A stretch of DNA of 64,000 nt from Escherichia phage OES_C-1, in sequence record PQ553088, one strand, 5' to 3'. The notes beneath the pieces were generated by a model. The model was not told where the DNA came from and did not search any database. It saw only the letters and a list, made by a program, of their open reading frames with translations. The position numbers were made by a program, and so were the translations under genes. Shown here one piece after another: positions 50,522-59,316 of this stretch (positions are counted from its first letter, which is position 1; the number at the start of each line of letters is the position of its first letter).

Positions 50522-50930
50522 GCCATTCAATGTACTCTGCGGCAGCTTGCATCAGGTTACCTTCATAGCCATCGTTATTTTCTTGCGCAGCTAATTTAGC
50601 TAATGCGTATGAAATACGTTCACCTTGAAAAGAGGCTTCAGGCTTCTGAACATCTTGGCTAGTTCTCTCTACAACTTCTTCAATTTCGCCATTTTCGACT
50701 GATTCAGTATTCCACAAGCACCAATACGTAATTGGCTTATCGTAGATGTTAATAATCTTTCCGTCGGAAAGTTCAATTTCAATAATTCCAGTATCAGGTT
50801 CTATATCATCTTCACATTCTTTTGCAAGTTCACGAACTTTAAAGACAGTACCTGCACTAAGTTCCGGCCAGTAATTACACAGCCCTATATCAACACGATT
50901 AATTCTAAACCACTTATCTACTGTAATCAT
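50445..50930 (-). CDS. pin: Pin (protease inhibitor)-position protein, 161 aa from internal ATG
   Basis: Length and position between 49 and nrdC as T4 pin; track start is a TTG upstream. Confidence 0.5.
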   Translation of the reverse strand: MITVDKWFRINRVDIGLCNYWPELSAGTVFKVRELAKECEDDIEPDTGIIEIELSDGKIINIYDKPITYWCLWNTESVENGEIEEVVERTSQDVQKPEASFQGERISYALAKLAAQENNDGYEGNLMQAAAEYIEWLETQISFSDQKIRQYKRLHQMFYNT

Positions 50931-51225
50931 GTCCCATCTCCATATCAATTAAGTCATTTATCGTTGGTTCATTATATACTGTTTCTTCATCAGTGTAAAC
51001 CGGTTCTTCCGGCTCTGGCTCTACAGTTTCCCATCTAGCCGCCCACCAAGGTTTAACCCCGAAGCTTATTAAGTTCTTCATAATCAATCCAGGATTCTAA
51101 TCCTGATGGCAAATCAGATTCAATTTCCCAAAGAAGCTCTTCAATTTTCTGAAGACGATCTAGTTCTTCGGCTGGAATAGTAACCATTGACGGAACTCGT
51201 GATACATTAATATCGTAAATCATAT

Positions 51226-51441
51226 TTACCCCAATTTAACCATACAATCGCCGTATTTCCACTTAGAAATAGACTTTTCACCATTAGAATAATAAACTTC
51301 GAGTTTAGCACGATTATTTTTAATTTGAATAACCTTGGCTGTCATCAAAGTTCCATACCCATAATAAACTGCAACTTCATCACCTACATATACCGCGCTT
51401 CCGCGGTAATCATGAATATAGTCAGTTCCTTCGAGCATCAT
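51226..51441 (-). CDS. hypothetical protein (71 aa)
   Basis: Track ORF overlapping nrdC stop. Confidence 0.45.
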   Translation of the reverse strand: MMLEGTDYIHDYRGSAVYVGDEVAVYYGYGTLMTAKVIQIKNNRAKLEVYYSNGEKSISKWKYGDCMVKLG

Positions 51442-51701
51442 TTAAAATATTCTCGCAGTTGGTCAAATCCACCAATATGACTTCCATCAGGAGCAAATAC
51501 CTGGGGCATTGTCAAGCCGATTTGAGTATCACGACCTAGTTTAGTCAGAAGCTCAGCAATTTTCTCATCATCAAAAACACCTTTTTCCGGCATAATGTTG
51601 ATAAATTCAAACGGCTGTTTCTTCACGGTCAAAAGACGTTTTGCATTATCGCAATACACACATTTATGAATGTTGCTATCATAACCATATACTTTAAACA
51701 T
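51438..51701 (-). CDS. nrdC: NrdC thioredoxin/glutaredoxin (87 aa, CVYC)
   Basis: MFKVYGYDSNIHKCVYCDNAKRLLTVKKQPFEFINIMPEKG... Confidence 0.85.
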   Translation of the reverse strand: MFKVYGYDSNIHKCVYCDNAKRLLTVKKQPFEFINIMPEKGVFDDEKIAELLTKLGRDTQIGLTMPQVFAPDGSHIGGFDQLREYFK

Positions 51702-51702
51702 A

Positions 51703-51945
51703 TTATTCCTTAATTCCTAGTACTTGTTTAAAAGTCTCGTCGTAATCAAGACTTTGGCCCGTTTGTTCTTTATGTTTGTATATAATATCACTTACTTCTG
51801 ATAGCATATTTTTATATGAACGAGTTAAAGCAGATTTAAGCACGCTGTATCTATCAGGAAATTTACCATGTTCATTATAATAAGCTATTGCTAATTCACG
51901 GACTGCCTTTTCAGCAGTCTCCATATATTCTTTACGCTTGGTCAT
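51703..51945 (-). CDS. hypothetical protein (80 aa)
   Basis: Track ORF. Confidence 0.45.
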
Positions 51946-51947
51946 TT

Positions 51948-52337
51948 TTAATCCAAAATATTATTAGGCATTGGTTGAACACTCACAAGTTCTTTAAAGA
52001 ACTCAGTAGAGTCAGGCAATTTAACCATTTCCGGAGCATGCTTACTGAATTTATGTTTACATTGACGGCATTTATATTCAAGCTCTGGTTTACGCCAGTT
52101 AATCAATTGAACTTGTTCAGTACCGCATTCAGGGCAATTAGGAACGTTTTTAGAAGCTCTTTCACGTCGTTCAACCATAGCCATAATAGCATCCCATGCT
52201 GGAGGTTTAAAATCTAAATCGTCGCAGCCGTGAATCTTTCCACGCATTTCCATATCATCTTCCTCACCAGCCATAATAATTTTAATTAAACTGGAATTAC
52301 TTGAAGCTGCAATGTCTTCTAATAAACGCTTTTTCAT
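51948..52337 (-). CDS. zinc-ribbon protein (129 aa; CPECG...CRQC)
   Basis: Track ORF. Confidence 0.45.
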
Positions 52338-53260
52338 TTCAATACCTCAATAGCATTACGTAAACCATTTGCTTTGGCGGTTAAAGCCTTAAGAACTTTA
52401 GTATGCTCTTCAATCTGTTTTTCAACTTCAATCAAACGGGCACTGAGATATTCGCGTTCTTCTTTCATAGTATCATTTCCATGATTGGATTTTGGTGTAG
52501 GTTTAAATTCGCTAGGGTCCTTTAATTTAATAACAAATTTAGTTTCAAACAGCGAAAGACCATAATTCGTATTATCATCAAAGGATTTGACTACATCCAT
52601 ATCAGATAATAACACGCGTAAATTATAAGCCAAAGAACTAATAGTTTCATTGTGTTTATTAGCTTCGCGTGGTTTCATATACGGAAGATTTTTATATATC
52701 TCGTGCGGAGCGCAAACGATAATTGACAATTCAAATTGTCCATTCTGGGACGATGGAGTGAATTTAGCCGTAACCCAGTCTTTTACATTCACATTAATAG
52801 TACGGTTATCACCATGACAAAACAGTCTACGAGAATGCTTAAAAAGCATATTCACGTTATTATTGAATTCGTGTGAAAATTCACTAGCAAATTTTTCTTT
52901 ACTATCTTTAGAAAACCATTCTTCTAAATAAGTTCTTTTCACGTCGTTAATAATATTAAATGTAACAACACTAGCATTTGATACATTAGTCTCAATGTAG
53001 CTTGGATACATAAATTTTTTAACATTATTAACAGCTATCACAGAAGATAGTAATCGGGAACGTTTGAACCACTCGAGCAAAGAACCAAGAGAATGTGAAT
53101 ACGCATTTTGTGTATCTTTACAAATATGGTTTTCCCATCCAATATAGTCTAAAAAATCACGAAGAATATTATTGATTACTGCTCTGTGTCCTATCTGATA
53201 ATTACGATGTTTAGTAATAAGACTGTCAAAATAATCAATATAATGTTTACGAGTTTTCAT
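52334..53260 (-). CDS. paralog family member 1 (308 aa), coiled-coil C-terminus
   Basis: MKTRKHYIDYF... N-terminus; C-terminal heptad region ...[21 protein letters not shown]. Confidence 0.55.
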   Translation of the reverse strand: MKTRKHYIDYFDSLITKHRNYQIGHRAVINNILRDFLDYIGWENHICKDTQNAYSHSLGSLLEWFKRSRLLSSVIAVNNVKKFMYPSYIETNVSNASVVTFNIINDVKRTYLEEWFSKDSKEKFASEFSHEFNNNVNMLFKHSRRLFCHGDNRTINVNVKDWVTAKFTPSSQNGQFELSIIVCAPHEIYKNLPYMKPREANKHNETISSLAYNLRVLLSDMDVVKSFDDNTNYGLSLFETKFVIKLKDPSEFKPTPKSNHGNDTMKEEREYLSARLIEVEKQIEEHTKVLKALTAKANGLRNAIEVLK

Positions 53261-53312
53261 GTTCTTCTCACTTGGTTAATGATTTATACTCCGAGCCATC
53301 CTTGGCTTTAAA

Positions 53313-54314
53313 TTACTTAATTAACTGTAAAGCTTGTTCAAGACGATCCAGGCGATTAACAGATTCTTCCCAAATCCTTTTAGCCTGCTCATATTCTTTC
53401 TGTGCTTTATTAGAAATTTCTAGAACTTCTTTATAAGCTTTTTCTAGTGCAATAACTTCTGGACGAATTTCTACCGGTTCAAGTGAATCATCAAGACATT
53501 CCATTAGTTCCTCAAGGGTAGTTTCTTCTTTAGGAGTATTCACAATTTCATCACATTTTTGTTGGTAAATTTCTTTATCAGTCGGTGAGTACGCGCACTT
53601 TACTTCACGGAGACTAACTACAATTTTATATCCTTCCCAACCGCACATATTCTTAAAAGGATAAGTATGAATATTTTCTACCGTTTCCATACAAAGTAAT
53701 GCAGTCTCTAATTGACGAGTTATATCACTAGCAATTGAGAAAAATTTATTAATGTTCTTTTGATTAGCTTCTGGTGTAAAAAATCCATAATTCACAAAAA
53801 TAGCTGCTTTATTTTTATCAAGTTCATATTCTTTTATGATAATCATGTCAGAAGCCCAAGGATGAATTTGACGATAATCACCATAGCATAATTTAGAAGC
53901 TGATTTTAGAATTTGCTTTTTGAAAAGTCTGAAATTACTAATCCAACGACGAGTAAAAATATTCTCAGGGTCTTCTTTATTATTAAGATGATAAGAATTA
54001 ACATCACCGAACCAATTATATCCTACTACATCTTTGGTTCGTTTAATTTCTTTCCCAAAATTACCAAGAATATCCTGATTAACTAAATATGAAAGAAGAC
54101 GAGAACCTTTAAAGGTTTCCTTAATATCACCTTTATCTTCGCGACTAGAAATTTTATGAACTTCATGAATAAATTTGCTGGAAGAAACAATGCTTACATC
54201 AATATTATTGAGCCATTGATTGATAATGGAAATAACATTATTCTGACTAGACATAGGTTTAACTTTATCATCAATAACGCTATTAAATGATTTGATATAT
54301 TCGTTACGAGTCAT
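53313..54314 (-). CDS. paralog family member 2 (~333 aa from internal ATG), coiled-coil C-terminus
   Basis: MTRNEYIKSF... with GAGGAG SD; own early promoter upstream. Confidence 0.55.
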   Translation of the reverse strand: MTRNEYIKSFNSVIDDKVKPMSSQNNVISIINQWLNNIDVSIVSSSKFIHEVHKISSREDKGDIKETFKGSRLLSYLVNQDILGNFGKEIKRTKDVVGYNWFGDVNSYHLNNKEDPENIFTRRWISNFRLFKKQILKSASKLCYGDYRQIHPWASDMIIIKEYELDKNKAAIFVNYGFFTPEANQKNINKFFSIASDITRQLETALLCMETVENIHTYPFKNMCGWEGYKIVVSLREVKCAYSPTDKEIYQQKCDEIVNTPKEETTLEELMECLDDSLEPVEIRPEVIALEKAYKEVLEISNKAQKEYEQAKRIWEESVNRLDRLEQALQLIK

Positions 54315-54342
54315 ATTAATCTCCTCAGTAGAAAGTAAGAAC

Positions 54343-54372
54343 ATTATACCACATCCTTGTGGTAAAGTAAAC
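54343..54372 (-). promoter_or_regulatory. T4-type early promoter (30-nt identical to 7562-7591 copy)
   Basis: gtaaac 54367-54372, attata 54343-54348. Confidence 0.6.
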
Positions 54373-55397
54373 TAGTTCAGTGCATTTAGTGCATTGTTCA
54401 GTTTAGAACGTTGCTTCGTGAGATTTTTGACTTTTTCTTGAGCTTTTTCTAGCATCTTTTCAGCTTCTAGCACTTCATTAGTTGCTTTAACGAGTTCATC
54501 ATCTACTGCTTTAAGAGACTTCTCAATCGCATCTGCATGCCATTTTTCAACAGGTTTAAGACTCGGATTTTCAATAGGAAGAAAATTCACTTTATTGAAT
54601 TTCCATGCATCTTTATTACCTGAACTATACATCCAAAATTTAGGATCGTTTGATGAGTAATTGGATAAATTTAAGTTATCTTGCACTTCCTGCTTTTTCT
54701 CTTGTGTGACTTCGTCCTTTCTCAAAAAATCGTATTTAAATGAAACGATCATATCAAGTTCATATGTTGTTGTATGTTCCCAATTTCGCTCAAAATGAGG
54801 TAAAATCTTAGACTGAACAGCAGCAACAACATCCATATACTTAAATGCTTCTGTCAGCTGTGATTTAAGACATTCACAAATTGAAAGAGAATTTTTAGTA
54901 TTAGGCTTAAAGCTAATTCGTGCAGTTCTATTATTTTCTTTTAACGGTCTTACTTCCATCTGAAGAGTATAACCATCAAATTTCAGGTTCTTTAAGTTAA
55001 TATCAGAGCCTTTTAATCGACTAGCAGTAGACAAAATTTGCTTTAATTGTTTACGGAATAGAGCAATAAATCTCCATTCAATACGATAATGATTTGGATT
55101 GAAAAATCCAGATGATAAATCGACCTTACTTTGACCAACGCCTTGAACAAATAGAGGATTTTTATAATCAATAGTTTTACAGAAATCGGTGAGCTGCTCA
55201 CGAGCCGTCATTTGTGTAATATACCCTGCTTTACTAAAATTACACACCCATTCACTACTGCTATTCTTATACTTAAAGTGATGAATAGCATGATTAACTT
55301 TATCAGGGTCTAAATTATTTTCACACAAAAATGTCATAACATCACGAGTATAGCTGGCTCTACGAACTATATCTTCAATTTGAGAACGAGTTTTCAT
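54372..55397 (-). CDS. paralog family member 3 (341 aa), coiled-coil C-terminus
   Basis: MKTRSQIEDIV...; ...KVKNLTKQRSKLNNALNALN. Confidence 0.55.
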   Translation of the reverse strand: MKTRSQIEDIVRRASYTRDVMTFLCENNLDPDKVNHAIHHFKYKNSSSEWVCNFSKAGYITQMTAREQLTDFCKTIDYKNPLFVQGVGQSKVDLSSGFFNPNHYRIEWRFIALFRKQLKQILSTASRLKGSDINLKNLKFDGYTLQMEVRPLKENNRTARISFKPNTKNSLSICECLKSQLTEAFKYMDVVAAVQSKILPHFERNWEHTTTYELDMIVSFKYDFLRKDEVTQEKKQEVQDNLNLSNYSSNDPKFWMYSSGNKDAWKFNKVNFLPIENPSLKPVEKWHADAIEKSLKAVDDELVKATNEVLEAEKMLEKAQEKVKNLTKQRSKLNNALNALN

Positions 55398-55405
55398 GGT
55401 ATTCC

Positions 55406-56293
55406 TTAAGATTTAAGTAAATCAACAATTTTAATTAACTTTTCACGCTCAGATTTAGCTTTACTACTCAATCCAGATAGTCTGAAAATTTCATCGTCAT
55501 ACTGTTGAATAGAAATATTCAGCTCTTCAATCTGCTTATTAAAATAATCAATTTGTTCAGAATGTTTTTCGTTACTACGAACTGGCACAGGTTTCGTAGG
55601 CAATGTAGTTGAACTTGATTCATCCGGGCGATAAATTAAAATACAACTTGAACCGATAGGGCATTTTGCACCAGATGAATATTCTAATGTTCCAGCTTCT
55701 TTTAAAATTTCAAAAGCTAAACAGAGATGATGCCCCATATTGACATAATCTGTAGAGCGAGCTCTGATGTAATAATCATCTCCGCGAATACTAAATTTAA
55801 AGCATTTAAGGTCTTCTGTATTATTGGTCTTAAAAATCATTTGTTTATCTAGACCTTTAGCTAATCTAGCGCCTAATGCTAATAATCGTCGTTGATTTTC
55901 CCACAAATCCGCAATCATTTGATCGAATGATAATTTCGGCATTAGTCGACCGTAAAGGTCATATCCTTTATTATAATTACGAAGGATTTCACTCGCGTTA
56001 ATACGAGACAATGCTCCAATTTTATTAAGGGCTTTCATAATACGATTAGATAAATCCATTCCAGACTCGTGTGTTCGCTGCAAATGTTTTTCTAATCCAA
56101 ATCCAATATCAACTTTAAACTTATCTAAAATTTCGGCATGAACATCTTTGTCAATAACATTTAAATTTAATGCTAGGTTAAATCTATGAAAAAATTTATC
56201 TGGCTCTCCACGACGAAGTACAGTCCATTCATTCAATTTTTTATTAACTAAAGATTTAATTACTGTATTGACATTATTAATTACTACTGACAT
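55406..56293 (-). CDS. paralog family member 4 (~295 aa from internal ATG), coiled-coil C-terminus
   Basis: MSVVINNVNTVIKS... with GAGGAAAA SD. Confidence 0.5.
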   Translation of the reverse strand: MSVVINNVNTVIKSLVNKKLNEWTVLRRGEPDKFFHRFNLALNLNVIDKDVHAEILDKFKVDIGFGLEKHLQRTHESGMDLSNRIMKALNKIGALSRINASEILRNYNKGYDLYGRLMPKLSFDQMIADLWENQRRLLALGARLAKGLDKQMIFKTNNTEDLKCFKFSIRGDDYYIRARSTDYVNMGHHLCLAFEILKEAGTLEYSSGAKCPIGSSCILIYRPDESSSTTLPTKPVPVRSNEKHSEQIDYFNKQIEELNISIQQYDDEIFRLSGLSSKAKSEREKLIKIVDLLKS

Positions 56294-56300
56294 ATTTTCC

Positions 56301-56708
56301 TCACTCAATTTCAATTTTACTAAATACACAGAATATGATTGAACAGACTACATAAGCGCCACACACAGATTGAACTAATACCATCCCAAAGAACCAAACA
56401 ATATTATCAAACAGTGTCTGTTTTACGTCGAAAGGACGTAAACTTACAGTAATATTATCACCTTTTTCTATTGAAGAATACATCTCTGGGGAAATATATT
56501 CACTAAATCTATAACCGTCTTTAAGTTCATATACGGCAATAAACGATAAATTAGACCCTTTTCCTTGAGTTCCTGTAATAGTATTAACTACAGTAACATC
56601 ATAATCTTTATAGTGCATATAATCATTAATTGCGTAATAACCGTATGCAACTACTACACATAAACAACATATCAATAAATTCAATCTTTTAATTATCAAC
56701 CGTTTCAT
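56301..56708 (-). CDS. membrane protein (135 aa; N- and C-terminal TM segments)
   Basis: Track ORF. Confidence 0.45.
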   Translation of the reverse strand: MKRLIIKRLNLLICCLCVVVAYGYYAINDYMHYKDYDVTVVNTITGTQGKGSNLSFIAVYELKDGYRFSEYISPEMYSSIEKGDNITVSLRPFDVKQTLFDNIVWFFGMVLVQSVCGAYVVCSIIFCVFSKIEIE

Positions 56709-56763
56709 AATAATCTCAATTAAAAGGGCTTAGAACCATTATACCATCCTTGGTATAAAGCGG

Positions 56764-57291
56764 TTATGCGAGTACCGTCTTTAACCGTTCTTCAAACTTC
56801 CGAAGAGTATTTTGGCGTTCAGCTCTTTGCTTTTTGTAAGTTTCAATACGCTCTGAAATGAGAGTGTATCGTTCATTTACTGATTCTTTCATAAAATCAG
56901 GAATTTCACGAGAAGCTTTAATCTCGTCAAATTTATCAATAACAGCTTGCTCTTCAGCAATTAAGTTATCATACATTAAAATATCTTTCTTGATGAACTC
57001 AATATCTTCTTGAGTTACACGAGACATTTTAGATGCTTTATCCTTTTTGTACTGTTCGTTAGTATCACGAGACCAGTGTAATGTACGATTTTTATTCGTA
57101 TTCTTGTAAATTTCTACAATACCGATCTCATCAATAATAACGATCCAATTCCAACGGGATTTGTAAATTTGTCCTCCATCAACAGTGATTTCACCTCCGA
57201 TTGAGATGTCGTTAAAGAACTTGCTTTGTGCTTCAGATTTAAATTTACCATCGTTGTAATTTACCAAGTTGAAAATATCTTTAGCGTTCAT
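56764..57291 (-). CDS. hypothetical protein (175 aa)
   Basis: Track ORF directly downstream of promoter/leader cassette. Confidence 0.5.
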   Translation of the reverse strand: MNAKDIFNLVNYNDGKFKSEAQSKFFNDISIGGEITVDGGQIYKSRWNWIVIIDEIGIVEIYKNTNKNRTLHWSRDTNEQYKKDKASKMSRVTQEDIEFIKKDILMYDNLIAEEQAVIDKFDEIKASREIPDFMKESVNERYTLISERIETYKKQRAERQNTLRKFEERLKTVLA

Positions 57292-57319
57292 TTTCTGTTC
57301 CTCCGTAGTTGATAGTTGT

Positions 57320-57349
57320 ATAGTACCACAGAGGAACAGTCTTGTAAAC
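57320..57349 (-). promoter_or_regulatory. T4-type early promoter (cassette near-identical to 2749-2808)
   Basis: gtaaac 57344-57349, atagta 57320-57325. Confidence 0.6.
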
Positions 57350-57351
57350 CA

Positions 57352-57657
57352 CTAAAAGAAACTTCTTTCACAATTTTTTCCACTGAACCATGCGCTTACT
57401 GCTTTCTTAGTCTCAGGAGCAGTGTTATCCATAAACCATTCAAAGGCAGCCTTTTTATGATTCTGGAGGGCTTCTCGGGCTTTAATCTGCTCACGGTCTA
57501 TTAACACTAACATATGAGCCTTTCTTGTCACCATGGGCTTCTTATGATTTTTTGAATACTCCCAGTCATTTGTCCATCGCATTGTCGTTGCGAATTGAAA
57601 TACAGCTTCTTTAATCTTAGTTTCGTAAATTTCACGAGCCTTTGAGTATAACATCAT
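57352..57657 (-). CDS. hypothetical protein (~100 aa)
   Basis: Track ORF; start at ATGATG after GGAGG. Confidence 0.45.
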   Translation of the reverse strand: MMLYSKAREIYETKIKEAVFQFATTMRWTNDWEYSKNHKKPMVTRKAHMLVLIDREQIKAREALQNHKKAAFEWFMDNTAPETKKAVSAWFSGKNCERSFF

Positions 57658-57756
57658 TACCTCCATTCACCAGTTTAATTCTAGTCATCTTTTTGATGGC
57701 AGTCCATATAATCTATTTCTGAACTGCCTTTTTGTCTTAGAAGGCCTCTTATGAAT

Positions 57757-58725
57757 TTATTTCAGAAGAGTAACCTCAGCGATTTCTTGCCAACCGTTTT
57801 TGTCGGTCATAATAAAGTCAGCAAGATAAAGAGCAGTACGCAGTGAAACATTGCGTAAACGATTAACATTGACTTTCATCCATGATAATGCTTTATAAGT
57901 TTCTTCATCAGAAAGACCGCGCTTTTGCATCATGTCAGTTGAAAGAATAACATCTTCAACCCTGACCATAATTTCTTCATTAGTGTGAACACCCAAATCC
58001 AAATAAACCGAGCGGGACACTAATGCTTGTAAATGTGGAGCAAGTTTAGTACCACGGTCTAATTCGCGGTCAATGTCAACGTTTGTGATAAAAACAATCG
58101 TTCCTTTAAATTCAAACTCACGGTCAATGCCTTTTTCTTCTAAGTAAGAAGATGCAGTGCTCCAGCAGACTTTACGGGTCTCTCCAGTGTCCAGAGCAGC
58201 TTTTAGAAGATTAAGAATGTCCATATCAGAGAAAACATCCACATCATCAATCAAAAGGACAGAGTTCTCTTCACGATTATTCCAAAGCTGTTCATAAAGA
58301 CCAATACCAGAGATTTTACCATTAATGCTTTTATATTCAATGTATCCATTATCATTTGCTTTATTTAAAGCTTTATCTAAAGAATACGTTTTACCAATAC
58401 CTGCTGCGCCAGAGATAATCAATGAACGAATATTTCCATTAATAATACCATTCGTCATCATTCCCATAACATTAAATCTTTTATTAATGCGGGTTTTCAT
58501 ATCTTCATATGATTCTTTAACTTCTTCAACTTTTACACCATCATATGAAATATCTGATTTGTAAACCCAAACACCGCGACGTTTACCGTCAATTTCAACA
58601 AAAACTTTACCATCTCCTTGTGCATCTACCGGAGCATTATCTGGGAACCATTCGCCTAAGAGCTCAAAAGTTCCAGAGATTTCTTTACCGAAGTAGATAC
58701 CCTTATTGATAGTTACAGTTTTCAT
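57757..58725 (-). CDS. P-loop NTPase (Walker A GAAGIGKT, Walker B LLIDDVD), ~322 aa
   Basis: Start at internal ATG with GGAGAA SD. Confidence 0.55.
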   Translation of the reverse strand: MKTVTINKGIYFGKEISGTFELLGEWFPDNAPVDAQGDGKVFVEIDGKRRGVWVYKSDISYDGVKVEEVKESYEDMKTRINKRFNVMGMMTNGIINGNIRSLIISGAAGIGKTYSLDKALNKANDNGYIEYKSINGKISGIGLYEQLWNNREENSVLLIDDVDVFSDMDILNLLKAALDTGETRKVCWSTASSYLEEKGIDREFEFKGTIVFITNVDIDRELDRGTKLAPHLQALVSRSVYLDLGVHTNEEIMVRVEDVILSTDMMQKRGLSDEETYKALSWMKVNVNRLRNVSLRTALYLADFIMTDKNGWQEIAEVTLLK

Positions 58726-58761
58726 TTTATTCTCCAATTTCACATTTGTTTTGATAGGGTA

Positions 58762-58791
58762 ATAGTATCACACTACTACCCTACTGTAAAC
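58762..58791 (-). promoter_or_regulatory. T4-type early promoter
   Basis: gtaaac 58786-58791, atagta 58762-58767. Confidence 0.55.
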
Positions 58792-58794
58792 AAT

Positions 58795-59058
58795 TTATTT
58801 TAATGTTCGCCAAATTTTTACTGCTTCGCGACGAGATACTTCTACAGCTCCAAGTTCTACGGCTTTTTGGCGGCGGCGCGCGTGTAAGTCATAATGTTTA
58901 ATGCGTTTATCTTGAAACCAAGAGCGTTTCATTCCTATTGCTTCTGCCATTTCATGAAGCTCTTCAATATCTCCATCAGTGAACATATGACAATTTTTAG
59001 TTGGATGACCGCGAAGTTTCCATCCATGATTCATTAAAACATCTACGTAAACTGTCAT
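58795..59058 (-). CDS. hypothetical protein (87 aa; MTVYVDVL...ELHEMAEAIGMKRSWFQ...HYDL)
   Basis: Track ORF. Confidence 0.45.
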   Translation of the reverse strand: MTVYVDVLMNHGWKLRGHPTKNCHMFTDGDIEELHEMAEAIGMKRSWFQDKRIKHYDLHARRRQKAVELGAVEVSRREAVKIWRTLK

Positions 59059-59204
59059 TAATTCTGCTCCAAATATGTTTCTATAATTTTCTGAGCGAGA
59101 TAAACTGCATTATCTTCAGTTGCATCTTCTAAGAAATTTTCAAAACAAGCTGAAATCTCTTCTGTGTCAATCAACTTTTTTACTTCAATTAACGTAGTTT
59201 TCAT
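59058..59204 (-). CDS. small acidic protein (~48 aa)
   Basis: Start at internal ATG (MKTTLIEVKK...) downstream of cassette promoter. Confidence 0.4.
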   Translation of the reverse strand: MKTTLIEVKKLIDTEEISACFENFLEDATEDNAVYLAQKIIETYLEQN

Positions 59205-59239
59205 TTTATTCCCCCAAATCCACATCAGTTGATAGTTGT

Positions 59240-59269
59240 ATAGTACCATAAAGCTTTATGCTTGTAAAC
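59240..59269 (-). promoter_or_regulatory. T4-type early promoter (cassette family)
   Basis: gtaaac 59264-59269, atagta 59240-59245. Confidence 0.6.
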
Positions 59270-59296
59270 AACTTTGTGACGTCATTTAAACAAAAA

Positions 59297-59314
59297 GGGA
59301 GCCCGAAGGCTCCC
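59297..59314 (-). terminator. UUCG-tetraloop hairpin downstream of the nucleotidyltransferase gene
   Basis: gggagcccgaaggctccc. Confidence 0.55.
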
Positions 59315-59316
59315 TA

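Noticed and set aside
56735-56762. Promoter-like ccattataccatccttggtataaag
   Set aside because: Has an ATTATA -10-like element but no GTTTAC at the 18-nt spacing seen in the other 18 promoters.
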